Positions 28,332 through 37,897 of a DNA stretch of 64,000 nucleotides are shown here, one piece after another. The notes beneath the pieces were generated by a model. That model had not been told where the DNA came from. It was given only the letters and a program-made list of their open reading frames with translations, and ran no database searches. Origin of the DNA: Candidatus Poribacteria bacterium (GTDB lineage: Bacteria; Poribacteria; WGA-4E; JAJDTR01). How positions within the stretch are numbered: position 1 is the first letter of the stretch; every line of letters begins with the position of its first letter. Made by a program: the position numbers and the translations under genes. The stretch covers positions 2,217,209 to 2,281,208 of the forward strand of contig OZ244829.1 in assembly GCA_965220415.1 (NCBI GenBank), given 5' to 3'.

Positions 28332-29510
28332 TTAGTAAAACCGTGCCGCGGCTGTTCGTGCCGCGATGAATCCTTCAAGCGCTTCCTGCAACTCTTCACG
28401 TGTGTGGCTTGCTGTCGGTGTTATCCGCAGGCGGCTTGTGCCGCTCGGCACCGTTGGAGGACGAATGCCGGGAGCAAAAACACCTTCGTTTAGCAACGCC
28501 TCCGCAAATTGGGTCGTTATCTTCGCTTCTCCGAGGATTAGCGGAAGGATGTGAGTCTCGTTCGAAAGCAGTTGAAATCCCGCCTCCGATAACCCCGATC
28601 TGAGGGTGTGAACATTTGTAAACAGCTTGTGGCGCTGTTCGAAATTTGACCGGATTAAATCAATTGCAGCAGACGCAGCCGCCAAGGTACCGGGCGGAAG
28701 ACCTGTGGTGAAGATGAACCCACGCGCCCGGTTTATCAGAAAATCAATCAGTGATTGACTCCCCGCCACAAACGCCCCGATGCTCCCCACCGCTTTACTC
28801 AACGCCCCGATTTGGATAATCCCGCGATCTGCCACGCCCAAATAATCTACGATACCGCCGCCAGAATTGCCGAATATCCCGAACCCGTGCACGTCATCCA
28901 CCAGTAACATGGCGTCATAAGCCTCTGCTATGTCCCAGATTTCGGCAAGTGGCGGAAAATCGCCATCCATACTGAAAACGCCGTCGGTCACTATCAGCCG
29001 ACGCTTATAATTTGAGGTTTCGGAAAGCAACTCTTTCAGGTGCTGCGGATCGCAGTGACTATAGATTCGCTTGGTAGCTCTACTGAGACGGCATCCCTCA
29101 ATGAGGCTAATGTGGTTGCGTTCGTCGCTCAGGATGAGATCTCCTTCGCCAACGAGGACAGGAATTGTGCTAATGTTGGCGAGGTAGCCGGAACTAAAAA
29201 CCAACGCGGCTTCCGTGTTCAACATCCCTGCGATTTTCGATTCGAGTATTTCGTATAAGTGGCTATTGCCCGCGATAAGCCGTGACCCGCTTGCCCCCGT
29301 TCCATACTCCAGCGTCGCCTCGCTGCAAGCCTGAACTACCTCGGGATGGGTACTCAAGCCAAGATAATTTGTTGAGGCAAGCGAGATTACCCCACGGCCG
29401 TCAAGGAGAACACGTCCCGTCGGGGCACTCATCGTGGAGCGCAGCGCACGCCAGTGCCCAGCCTGCTCCAGTTCGCGTTTTTCGTCTTCTAGCCAGCAAT
29501 CTATGTCCAT
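28332..29510 (-). CDS. Alpha-oxoamine synthase family PLP enzyme (8-amino-7-oxononanoate synthase/KBL/serine palmitoyltransferase-like)
   Basis: 392 aa; class-II aminotransferase fold with the PLP-lysine motif GALSKAVGSIGA and HGFG; the family includes BioF, Kbl and SPT. Confidence 0.8.
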   Translation of the reverse strand: MDIDCWLEDEKRELEQAGHWRALRSTMSAPTGRVLLDGRGVISLASTNYLGLSTHPEVVQACSEATLEYGTGASGSRLIAGNSHLYEILESKIAGMLNTEAALVFSSGYLANISTIPVLVGEGDLILSDERNHISLIEGCRLSRATKRIYSHCDPQHLKELLSETSNYKRRLIVTDGVFSMDGDFPPLAEIWDIAEAYDAMLLVDDVHGFGIFGNSGGGIVDYLGVADRGIIQIGALSKAVGSIGAFVAGSQSLIDFLINRARGFIFTTGLPPGTLAAASAAIDLIRSNFEQRHKLFTNVHTLRSGLSEAGFQLLSNETHILPLILGEAKITTQFAEALLNEGVFAPGIRPPTVPSGTSRLRITPTASHTREELQEALEGFIAARTAAARFY

Positions 29511-29518
29511 TCCCGCTT

Positions 29519-31918
29519 TTAACCCGACGTTTTCTCGAATCGTACACTGGCATGTACCAACTCGTCTGTCGGACTGAAGGTCAATTCATAAATCGGGTCG
29601 TTCAAGCTGTACTGATAGTTTGCGCCGTAACAGGATGTCCCGGCGGGAACATACCCCTCCGGAACATGGATAAATAGTGTCCCCTTACCATGTCGGGGTG
29701 ATTTGCAAACGGCGAGGAAACTCTGACTTTTTCGATCCCATCCGGCAGAAAGAATTTCCACACCACCCTGAGTAAAGTGAATGTCCGTGGAAACCAGTTG
29801 GGGTGTATCTCGTTCAGCACGTAAACAGAGGAGTCTTGCCGAACGTGACGGCATATCTGACACGGCTACTCGTCCCCGGATGACACCTAAGTACTGTCGA
29901 TTCCAAAAATCGTGTACGAGATAGAATTTAGATGAATCCAAACCGAGTGAGCCCAAGTCTAGATTGACATCATCGACCTGGTCCTTCCAATTGAACACAC
30001 CCAAAATGTTCCAAGAATCAAACGACGCCTGCACCTGCATGTTCCAAATTTGGGGATATCTATTTTGATAAAGATCTACCGGCGTTGCCGATTTTCCCGT
30101 TAGAGGGAACAATTTCGCCAATATTTCCGCACGTGCCGGGGTCAACGATGAAAACTCATCGGCACATGTTATAATCCCACCGCTCAAGGCTGCCGCCGTC
30201 ATTGCCACAATAACTTCGTTGATAGGGCGTGGTTCATTGATTGCTATTGCACCGAACTCATTCGTCCACGCGGTCTTGTGCATTGACATGTACGCGGCGT
30301 GCGCACTAATCATGTGCTTCAACCCGCGCGAATCGTCCCACTGACCGCTGCCAAGATAGCCCCCGTTGCTCGAAAGCGGGGAATTCAGTGAGAAGCCTCC
30401 TATACTTGGCGTCGAGCACGCATTGCGTCCTTCGAGAAGCGCTTCCCTTGGGCTCTCGTTGATAACTTGGTTCAGTAGTTGGATTCCCAGACGGTAGAGT
30501 TCAACAGAGGTGAGCGATTTATCGTACCAAACAAAATCGCCGAATTCTGCCAGTGGTCCAACGGTATAAGACAGCAGATCTGCCTTGACAAGATCGCACC
30601 CCCACTCATCAATAATCTGACGGAGGCGCCCCCGTATATTCGCTCGTGCTTTAGGCTGAGAAGCGTCAAGTAATGCTACCGTCATACCATCTTCCAGTGC
30701 CAATGTGGCAGGTTTGTCATTACGATCTTTCAGGAAATATTCCGGGTGGTCTTTGACTAAATTGGAGCCAACTGCAACACTGTACGGATCGAATCGGATT
30801 CCGGCTCTCAATCCTTTTGCATGGATTTTGTCGACAACAGATTTCATCCCCTCCGGAAAGCGTTGCGGGTGCACCGCGTTGCTCCCGATCGACTGCTGCC
30901 ACTCATCTTCGATCTGGATGTATTCCAAGCTGCCCGGTTGGGAGGGGTAGAACAATCGATTTTGTGAAATCTGGTTGACTTGACCAAGAATATAGGACGC
31001 ATCTCCCCTCTTCTTCTTGCCGATACGTTGGGCGTTCCATCCGGAAAACACACCATCCGATTCTTGCGCATTCATGTGCTTCGCGGCCATTTCAGTGTAG
31101 AGTTGATAGGAGTCTATGGGAAGATCGCAAAAATTGAGATAGGCGAGTTCCGACTTTATTTCCTTCCCCGGCGCACACGGTTGATATTCACACCGATGGC
31201 GCAATGCCCAGCCGTCAAGCCCTTTCTCTTTCTGATCTTTTTGCGTTTGAGAATCGTATCCGACATCAACGGTTGACCACCACTTATGGGCGCTAAGAAA
31301 GCCAAAAACTAGAGAACGCTGGCTGCTCGTATCATAAAGGACGCCGTCGTAACAAGCCTGCGTCGAGATTTTCTTGTTGACGCTGAACCCGTCATAAATC
31401 TTCCTTACCCCTTGGTTAAGAGACGGGTTCACATTTAGAAAAAGATGGTAATCCGAAGGAGTTCCTCCCAAGTATACACCACCACGCGCATCCGGATTGA
31501 GCGTGGATACACCTATTACGGTAATTCGATCTAACCTAATGGCAGCATCACCCAAGTTCTCAACACCGACTGTCAGAATAACGTAAGGCGCCTTGCTATA
31601 GCACTTCATGTACAGGTTAATTCGTATGCCCTTCGCGTCCGATTGGCATGAAAACTTCATCGGCTGATAAACGCCTAATTCATCCTCTTGGGTGGCCTCC
31701 GCGATGAACTCACGGGTTGCATCAGATTCTGACGTGGCAAGTGCTGTCCCATCCTGAAGTAGAATCCTCGTGTAAGCATTTTTGATAATCGTATGTCCTG
31801 TCTGATCTACATAATCCCATGTTCCTTTTGAAAGATCGAACTTTACTCCAAACTGTTTGTTTTGGGCCACGACGGAACGACCTTGCCTCGTGACAGCCAA
31901 ATCACTAACTCTTTGCAT
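29519..31918 (-). CDS. Large glycoside hydrolase-like protein (family unresolved; GH36/alpha-galactosidase-like TIM-barrel suspected)
   Basis: 799 aa, soluble, rich in W/D/G motifs typical of carbohydrate-active enzymes; the catalytic residues are not pinned down. Confidence 0.45.
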   Translation of the reverse strand: MQRVSDLAVTRQGRSVVAQNKQFGVKFDLSKGTWDYVDQTGHTIIKNAYTRILLQDGTALATSESDATREFIAEATQEDELGVYQPMKFSCQSDAKGIRINLYMKCYSKAPYVILTVGVENLGDAAIRLDRITVIGVSTLNPDARGGVYLGGTPSDYHLFLNVNPSLNQGVRKIYDGFSVNKKISTQACYDGVLYDTSSQRSLVFGFLSAHKWWSTVDVGYDSQTQKDQKEKGLDGWALRHRCEYQPCAPGKEIKSELAYLNFCDLPIDSYQLYTEMAAKHMNAQESDGVFSGWNAQRIGKKKRGDASYILGQVNQISQNRLFYPSQPGSLEYIQIEDEWQQSIGSNAVHPQRFPEGMKSVVDKIHAKGLRAGIRFDPYSVAVGSNLVKDHPEYFLKDRNDKPATLALEDGMTVALLDASQPKARANIRGRLRQIIDEWGCDLVKADLLSYTVGPLAEFGDFVWYDKSLTSVELYRLGIQLLNQVINESPREALLEGRNACSTPSIGGFSLNSPLSSNGGYLGSGQWDDSRGLKHMISAHAAYMSMHKTAWTNEFGAIAINEPRPINEVIVAMTAAALSGGIITCADEFSSLTPARAEILAKLFPLTGKSATPVDLYQNRYPQIWNMQVQASFDSWNILGVFNWKDQVDDVNLDLGSLGLDSSKFYLVHDFWNRQYLGVIRGRVAVSDMPSRSARLLCLRAERDTPQLVSTDIHFTQGGVEILSAGWDRKSQSFLAVCKSPRHGKGTLFIHVPEGYVPAGTSCYGANYQYSLNDPIYELTFSPTDELVHASVRFEKTSG

Positions 31919-32074
31919 TATGCGGGTTAAACCTCCATCTGAACAAAAAACTGAAACCAGAGGTACTTAGCGAATCAAGTTCTTTGAGGAAATCGTGCAT
32001 TTGTGGATTTATGTCATAAGTAGGTATGAATCGTTTTTCAGGCATTCGACGGCGTGATTGACCGAGGTCAGTCG

Positions 32075-32100
32075 AAAGAGGAGAAAACTCCTCTTTTTTT
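32075..32100 (+). terminator. Orphan intrinsic terminator (AAAGAGGAG-AAAA-CTCCTCTTT + T-run) between divergent genes
   Basis: Perfect 9-bp stem, 4-nt loop and a T-run of at least 7 on the plus strand. No annotated plus-strand gene lies upstream of it. Confidence 0.45.
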
Positions 32101-32574
32101 CACGTATATTTATTTGACTGCGAGGGTTTCGAAGGGAGTAGCGGAGTGAAGTTCCGTCTATTCTACGCGTTATCTCTTGAACTTCAGACCGTTTGCGTAA
32201 CACCAACGTGAATCTCAAGAACTGATTGTCATGACGAATTTCATAAGTGCCACACACCTCGAACGGTGGATCACCCTCGGCTAATCAAGTAATACAGTAT
32301 AGCTTAGAGCCCCCAACAAAGTCAAAAGCAAAAACCGAATTTGGCGAGGCAGAAATCTTGATTACAAAATCCAGATTGAGTCCATCTGCGATTATCAGGG
32401 CGCCGACATCTCTTCTTCTATCGTTGCGCGCCACTATTGACTAGCGACTGTCCACCACCCACTGCATTTTGTTTTGTGTTCGAATCTCAATTGATGTATA
32501 ATTGCTTTTCACTGGCAGCCACTCAGACCATGGGATTGGGATATTTCTACCATACGCCGGCGTAAGGAGATTTC

Positions 32575-32820
32575 ATGAAAGTTACAGTAAAATACTTTGC
32601 GGTGTGTCACGAAGAGTTGGGGAGAGAGGAAGAGGAGATGGAATTGCCGGAGGGGGCGACATTAAGAGATATTCTCGATCGTCTTGAGGAGGAATGGCCC
32701 GAGATCGCCGAGTTTTATCAGGTTATGCAAATGTCTGTCAACTGGGACTATGCAACAGAAGACACCGAACTCTCAGAAGGGGATGAGGTCGCGCTGATTC
32801 CGCCCGTGACGGGAGGTTAA
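32575..32820 (+). CDS. moaD: Molybdopterin synthase sulfur-carrier subunit MoaD
   Basis: 81 aa with a ubiquitin-like fold signature and C-terminal Gly-Gly (PPVTGG*). Confidence 0.8.
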   Translation: MKVTVKYFAVCHEELGREEEEMELPEGATLRDILDRLEEEWPEIAEFYQVMQMSVNWDYATEDTELSEGDEVALIPPVTGG

Positions 32821-32821
32821 A

Positions 32822-33277
32822 ATGTTCAAGATTACACGTGAGGTTATTGACACCCGGAGTGTTATTCGCGCTGTTGAAGCTGATATTGCGGGGGCAATCG
32901 TGCATTTCTTAGGCACCGTGCGGAACAACACAGGCGGACGCAGAACGTTGTACCTTGAATATGAAGCCTACGCGCCGATGGCGGAAAGGAAGATGGAGGA
33001 GATTGGCCAAGAGATTCAGGAGAAGTGGGGGCTGGAGCGTGTCGCCATGATTCATCGCGTCGGACGGTTGGAAATTGGAGAGGTGAGCGTTGCGGTCGCC
33101 GTGGCGTCGCCACACCGCAGCGACGGATTCGAGGCGTGCAAATACGCCATGGATCGACTCAAGCAAGTTGTACCAATCTGGAAACGCGAAATCTGGGAGG
33201 ATGGCGCAGAGGAGTGGGTAAAGCCGGATCCCGTTTATTTTGATGCCGATCGGGGAGTGCGTAGGTCGGATGGATGA
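32822..33277 (+). CDS. moaE: Molybdopterin synthase catalytic subunit MoaE
   Basis: 151 aa with conserved GAIVHFLGTVRN and HR.G.L.IGE.SV motifs; starts 2 bp after moaD. Confidence 0.85.
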   Translation: MFKITREVIDTRSVIRAVEADIAGAIVHFLGTVRNNTGGRRTLYLEYEAYAPMAERKMEEIGQEIQEKWGLERVAMIHRVGRLEIGEVSVAVAVASPHRSDGFEACKYAMDRLKQVVPIWKREIWEDGAEEWVKPDPVYFDADRGVRRSDG

Positions 33278-33322
33278 CGCTCATTAAATCGCAATTAGTG
33301 GTTACAAGTTTGTACCCCGTAC

Positions 33323-33487
33323 TATACTCCGCGCTGTCAGAAATTGCGTCTTCTGTAGGAGCGATCTCCAGGTCGCGACCCTTGTACGAAGGACTCCGAT
33401 TCCCGACCTGCTGGTGCTACGTAAGTCCTATTAGAAATAATTATCACCGGAAAAGAAAGCGCAATAATACCCAACGCAGAGTGTAGA
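33323..33487. repeat. MITE/REP-like element, family 1 copy D (modules 1+3)
   Basis: TATACTCCGCGCTGTCAGAAATTGCGTCTTCTGTAGGAGCGATCTCCAGGTCGCGACC...CCCAACGCAGAGTGTAG, near-identical to copies at 51787 and 58013. Confidence 0.6.
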
Positions 33488-33540
33488 TTAGCCAGATTCT
33501 GAGATTCCCAATATCTCTCACTACATTGACAATGGTATGA

Positions 33541-34062
33541 TCAGACATTATTCAGCTCCGATAGAATCTCTTGGATTCTTGCCGAGAGCCTCCTAACGGG
33601 GACCATTTCATCAAGCTTTTTTGTTAATTTAAACGTTACCCCTTGTCCTTCCGCCATCCGTACCAATCTGCCTGCTTTGTGTTCAGCAACCATTCCTTTA
33701 CGCCACACGTTGAAAACTATATTATGCGGGCAAATCCCTAAGCAAAGAAGGTAATCATACTCACGATCCAATCGAACATGGTTGAACTGGAATGTTCCAT
33801 TAGCACCCAGCGAAGCTGTCTTGACCTCGAATTGAAGTGTTCCAATTCGTATGTCCGTCTCTGACGTACGGTCTCCGTTTTCGGTCTCGATCCCATTCTG
33901 TAGAAGGTACCTGCGTATGAACTCCTCTCCGATTTCTCCGCGATTCGTGTTGCCAAGCATTCGATACCGGATCAACGGAGAATCTCTCCAAATATCCTCG
34001 GGCGAATGCTCCCGAATGATTGAGACAAGAAGGTCAACTGGATTCACTTGGGAGGCTCCCAT
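33541..34062 (-). CDS. Putative type II restriction endonuclease (PD-(D/E)xK fold)
   Basis: 173 aa; D-x(n)-E-x-K arrangement in ETDIRIGTLQFEVKT. Its start overlaps the 3' end of the upstream methyltransferase gene by 19 bp. Confidence 0.5.
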   Translation of the reverse strand: MGASQVNPVDLLVSIIREHSPEDIWRDSPLIRYRMLGNTNRGEIGEEFIRRYLLQNGIETENGDRTSETDIRIGTLQFEVKTASLGANGTFQFNHVRLDREYDYLLCLGICPHNIVFNVWRKGMVAEHKAGRLVRMAEGQGVTFKLTKKLDEMVPVRRLSARIQEILSELNNV

Positions 34063-34769
34063 GCGCGTTTGTCCGAGCCGCGTTTCCAGAATACTAGAAA
34101 GTACGAGTGATTTTTTCGCGCATGAACCTGTCGCACTGCTCGACTGACACCGGGCTTATTCTGACGCATTACTACGAACAGGTCCTCCGCTACGAACCCT
34201 ATCCGCTCATAGGCTTGCATGATTTCAACATGAGTAAATCTCTGGCGATTGGCGCAGACCTCGTCTTGGCATTTCACGATTAGCACGCCGCGCTCGCGTA
34301 GTACCCTATGTGCTTCCACAGCAGCATCCTCGTAGAGTGATAGGACTGCCTCATGGTATTTCTTTGTAGTTCTGTTCCCGGTGCGGTTGTTCCTGTAGTG
34401 GTGCTCGAACGCTTGGTGAACGGTATGAGCCGTTCCTCCGGGAGAATGCATGTATGGCGGATCGAGCACAACACAGTCGATTTCACCGTCCATGTAAGGA
34501 AGATCCCTGCAATCAATCCCCATCAAGATGTCGGAAGGCCTCAAGCGATAAAGATCTTCAGGTATTCGTCTCCAAAATACGCCCTTTCCGTAAGTGACAT
34601 CGGCGACAATGCTACCCGGAGCAACATACAAGCCAATTACATGACGGAAGACATCGTCATTCCCCTCGGCGTAGGCACTAAATACAAGATCGTTGGTTGG
34701 CTTTCCGTTGCGAACTCGACGACGCTCTCGCGTTGCTTGCGGAACTCCAGTAATAGTCAGTTGGTTCAT
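34044..34769 (-). CDS. DNA methyltransferase, N4-C/N6-A (beta-class, DPPY motif)
   Basis: VLDPPY motif IV and a C-terminal SAM-binding region. Start assigned to the ATG at 34769 (MNQLTITG...), which has AGGAG 9 nt upstream; the track start at 34838 is an extension. Confidence 0.8.
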   Translation of the reverse strand: MNQLTITGVPQATRERRRVRNGKPTNDLVFSAYAEGNDDVFRHVIGLYVAPGSIVADVTYGKGVFWRRIPEDLYRLRPSDILMGIDCRDLPYMDGEIDCVVLDPPYMHSPGGTAHTVHQAFEHHYRNNRTGNRTTKKYHEAVLSLYEDAAVEAHRVLRERGVLIVKCQDEVCANRQRFTHVEIMQAYERIGFVAEDLFVVMRQNKPGVSRAVRQVHARKNHSYFLVFWKRGSDKRAWEPPK

Positions 34770-35040
34770 GTCCGTGCTCCTAAATCCAGTCCCGCATCTT
34801 GCGCTACCTTTTAATGATACTTTCATCCGCAACGGCAACTAATATTTCTTCAACAATTTCTCTTTTGCGATGCCCCTGGATTTCTTCAAACTTGTCGAAA
34901 GTTACACCCGATTTCTCTATTCTCTTTACAACCTCACTATACCAGATTCTTGGAGCAAGTGCAATATGATCTGTTGCAAGATACAACCAGAACCGGAGTT
35001 GTTCGACATACTTGATTGGTCGAATAATTGATAGCCTTCT

Positions 35041-36069
35041 TTATCGTTGCCACCACCTCTTGCTCTGAGATTCATTCCCTGACGCCTCTTGGCCGACAGT
35101 TGATTCCAACGACTTTAGTAAACGCAAAATCTCCTTATCCTTTCTAGATATCGCCAGCGCGTCTTGACACGCCTTAATTGCGCGTTTACCCATCGTTTCA
35201 TCTCCCGCCGATTGATATGCAACCCCGTAGATTTGCGCGACTGCACGACAATAGTCGGCTGAATCCACATCTCCTGTCGGGGCGTCCCCTATTTGCTCAA
35301 GCGCCACTAACCCATCCTCCCATGATTCAGCCTTGGCATCACAGATTACCTTGTGACACAGCAATTCCGAGTTGGAATCGTCCAACCAATGCGCTTGTTC
35401 GTAGCATGCGGCAGCTTCGTCATAGGCTTCATTCAGGACGTGCAATTTCGCCAACTCGGTATAAAATACGTATAGACCGCTTTCGTGGATTGTGTAACGA
35501 TTGGATTGCGTATTTACAAGCCAATCCCGATCCTCCAGAAATTCAATCGCGCTATTTTTCTCCTCGTCGGTTATAATCACGTCGGTAAGTAAGTGTTTCG
35601 CAATGGCGGCGTTCGGGTAGATTTTTGTACGGCTTTTCATTAGGGGGTAGGCTTGCACGCCTTTATCCATCTGAAGCAGTTTCAAGCCGGTCGCAATTCG
35701 GAACAGCGAAACAATCTGATCGCTATTTTTCCGCGCTCTTTCTTCAAATATTAGTTGCTGATTTTGCGCTATGTGCTGATTTAATGCGCTCAACTCATCT
35801 TTGTATTCCGTAACCTCGGGCTTGACTTGGTGTGCCCTTCCGAGAAATCTTTGTGCCGCGAATATTTCATTCCATTCTCGGTAGATCAAACCGAGTTGAA
35901 AATTAGCATTGGCGAGCACCTCGGCTGCCGACGCGGCAAGTAAAACAGAATCGTAGGCTTGGATCGCACACCCCAGTTCTCCCTCAACGGTCAGAGTTTG
36001 CGCGTGACCGATAAGTTCATCCAGTGAAGATTGCCCGCAGTCCTTGTCGAGGAGAAAATTCTTCCGCAT
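35041..36069 (-). CDS. TPR-repeat protein (342 aa)
   Basis: Multiple TPR-like helix pairs (AIQAYDSVLLAA..., AACYEQAHWLDDSNSE...). Confidence 0.65.
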   Translation of the reverse strand: MRKNFLLDKDCGQSSLDELIGHAQTLTVEGELGCAIQAYDSVLLAASAAEVLANANFQLGLIYREWNEIFAAQRFLGRAHQVKPEVTEYKDELSALNQHIAQNQQLIFEERARKNSDQIVSLFRIATGLKLLQMDKGVQAYPLMKSRTKIYPNAAIAKHLLTDVIITDEEKNSAIEFLEDRDWLVNTQSNRYTIHESGLYVFYTELAKLHVLNEAYDEAAACYEQAHWLDDSNSELLCHKVICDAKAESWEDGLVALEQIGDAPTGDVDSADYCRAVAQIYGVAYQSAGDETMGKRAIKACQDALAISRKDKEILRLLKSLESTVGQEASGNESQSKRWWQR

Positions 36070-36598
36070 TTGTCAGTAGTATCTTATGTCTAGGCAGGAT
36101 TGTCAGCCACCCAGTCTTGGGTGTTCTCACTAAATCGTTCCGCCAACTCGTCCGAAATCGTCTGCTTAATCAGTTCAATGAGATCCTGGCGAAATTTTGC
36201 CCAGTCTTTTCCTCTCCGTGTAAATCGATACTCGCTATCAATCTCAACATACATGGTGTCCTTTGGTTCAGAAAGAGATTCAAAGTAGCGCACAACTTTC
36301 ATACCGCCTCCGAATGATTGTAGATTGAAAATTTAATTTCGTCAATTTATGCTATCTTGGAGATTCAATACCTTGTTTGAAAACTCCAAGTCCTACTTTG
36401 TAGGGCACTCATCTGCTAGAGAACCATGCCATCCCAGCGACTAGAATTCCCACATGTCGCAAAACCCATTCAAATCAGTGGGAAAGGTTTCAACCCGTTG
36501 GAAATGGCAGATGATTTTTGCCTATGATCTTCCAAGAAAACTGGCAGCGCGCATCAACAATAGAAAATGGACAATGATATAGCGCACATCTTTTAGTC

Positions 36599-36997
36599 CT
36601 ACAGATTTTTCTTGTACTTGATAAAAGTCGCTTCAATCTGCCTTTCCTCTCGGACAGTCGTGGTAGTAATAGTAGTATTACCGCTTGTGTTTTCGTTAGT
36701 TATTTCTCCCACCGGCACGCGATCGAATTCATGGATAATGACCCCGTCAGCACCTTTTTCGCGCGCCTCTTGCAGAAGCTTCTCTTGCAATCTCTTGGTA
36801 CTGACGCGTGTACCCGCGCGTGCAACGGCGCGTCCCATCACTACATAATCTTCCTCTACATCGAATTCTGAAAAGTAAAGGTCAACATCAGTCGTAGGTG
36901 AATAAGATGTGCCAACATAGTCAACACCACGTTCGGAACAAGCGCCAACGAACAGGACCAATACCATGAGTGGAACAGTGTATCTGAACATGTTCAC
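36599..36997 (-). CDS. Small lipoprotein of unknown function
   Basis: Signal peptide with lipobox LFVGAC; 132 aa. Confidence 0.55.
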   Translation of the reverse strand: MNMFRYTVPLMVLVLFVGACSERGVDYVGTSYSPTTDVDLYFSEFDVEEDYVVMGRAVARAGTRVSTKRLQEKLLQEAREKGADGVIIHEFDRVPVGEITNENTSGNTTITTTTVREERQIEATFIKYKKNL

Positions 36998-37170
36998 CTC
37001 CTATGGAAGTAAACGTGTGGTGCATAACGGCGCCCTATAATCGAGCTATGAGTTACGTGGTTGCTACTCACCGTACTCGAAAATCGATCGTTTAATCTGT
37101 TCGCTCAGTTGAGTCCGTTTGATTGCTATCCCCCACTTTAAACTGCGTAGTATTGACGGTGCCAATCAAC

Positions 37171-37884
37171 TCAAGAACCCCACTCGCAAATCTTCCAACC
37201 CGACTCAGTTGCTATCTGACGGAGCGCTTTGCCCGGATTTACCACAACAGGTGTACCAACACAGCGTAACATAGGCAGATCGGCGCGGCTATCACCGTAA
37301 GCGAAACTCGCGGCGAGATCAATCCCGTGCTCTTGAGCGAAAGCTCTCACCACCCGTGCCTTTTCCTCCTCGCCCAGCGGCGGGGACATCAACTCGCCCG
37401 TGAACCTCCCATCTTGTTCACGGAGAGACATAGACAAAACGTGGTCTGCCCCCAGATGGTCCGCAAGAGGGGCTATGATGAAATCAAGAGATCCGGTGAC
37501 GAACACAATAAGATCTCCTTTAACTATGTGTTCACGAATCCGATCTGCAGCAGCAGGGTAAACCTTCGATCCGAGAAGGACATCGAATGTCTCTACAGCC
37601 ATGCCTTTCAGCCGTTCTACCTCCATGCCTCGGTAGTTTCGGTAGAATACACGGTTAAATTTTGTACGACTCACACGGTCCAGGAGAAGGTAGTAGGGGA
37701 TTTTCAGGAGGAAGCAAACCAGCCAAAACGGACGAATTAAAGGATGAAGCGACAGCAACCTAAACCGCACATAGTAGTGGACAATGGTCGAATTCACAAG
37801 CGTGCCGTCAACATCAAAGAAGGCAGCTACTTGCGGGGTGACATCATTTCCATTTGTGTATTCCGTTGCACCGAGGGGCTCCAT
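37171..37884 (-). CDS. HAD-superfamily (subfamily IB, phosphoserine-phosphatase-like) hydrolase
   Basis: Motif I FFDVDGTL, motif II/III region and motif IV GDSRADLPML. Start assigned to the Met (MEPLGATEY...) 14 nt after the stop of the upstream megaenzyme gene; the longer track ORF would overlap that gene by ~200 bp. Confidence 0.7.
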   Translation of the reverse strand: MEPLGATEYTNGNDVTPQVAAFFDVDGTLVNSTIVHYYVRFRLLSLHPLIRPFWLVCFLLKIPYYLLLDRVSRTKFNRVFYRNYRGMEVERLKGMAVETFDVLLGSKVYPAAADRIREHIVKGDLIVFVTGSLDFIIAPLADHLGADHVLSMSLREQDGRFTGELMSPPLGEEEKARVVRAFAQEHGIDLAASFAYGDSRADLPMLRCVGTPVVVNPGKALRQIATESGWKICEWGS

Positions 37885-37897
37885 AGTCACTTTGGGG

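Noticed and set aside
32440-32575. Possible molybdenum-cofactor riboswitch upstream of moaD
   Set aside because: Moco riboswitches do occur upstream of moa operons, but I cannot recognise the conserved multi-stem consensus by eye in this 135-nt leader. Noted only as something to scan with Rfam.
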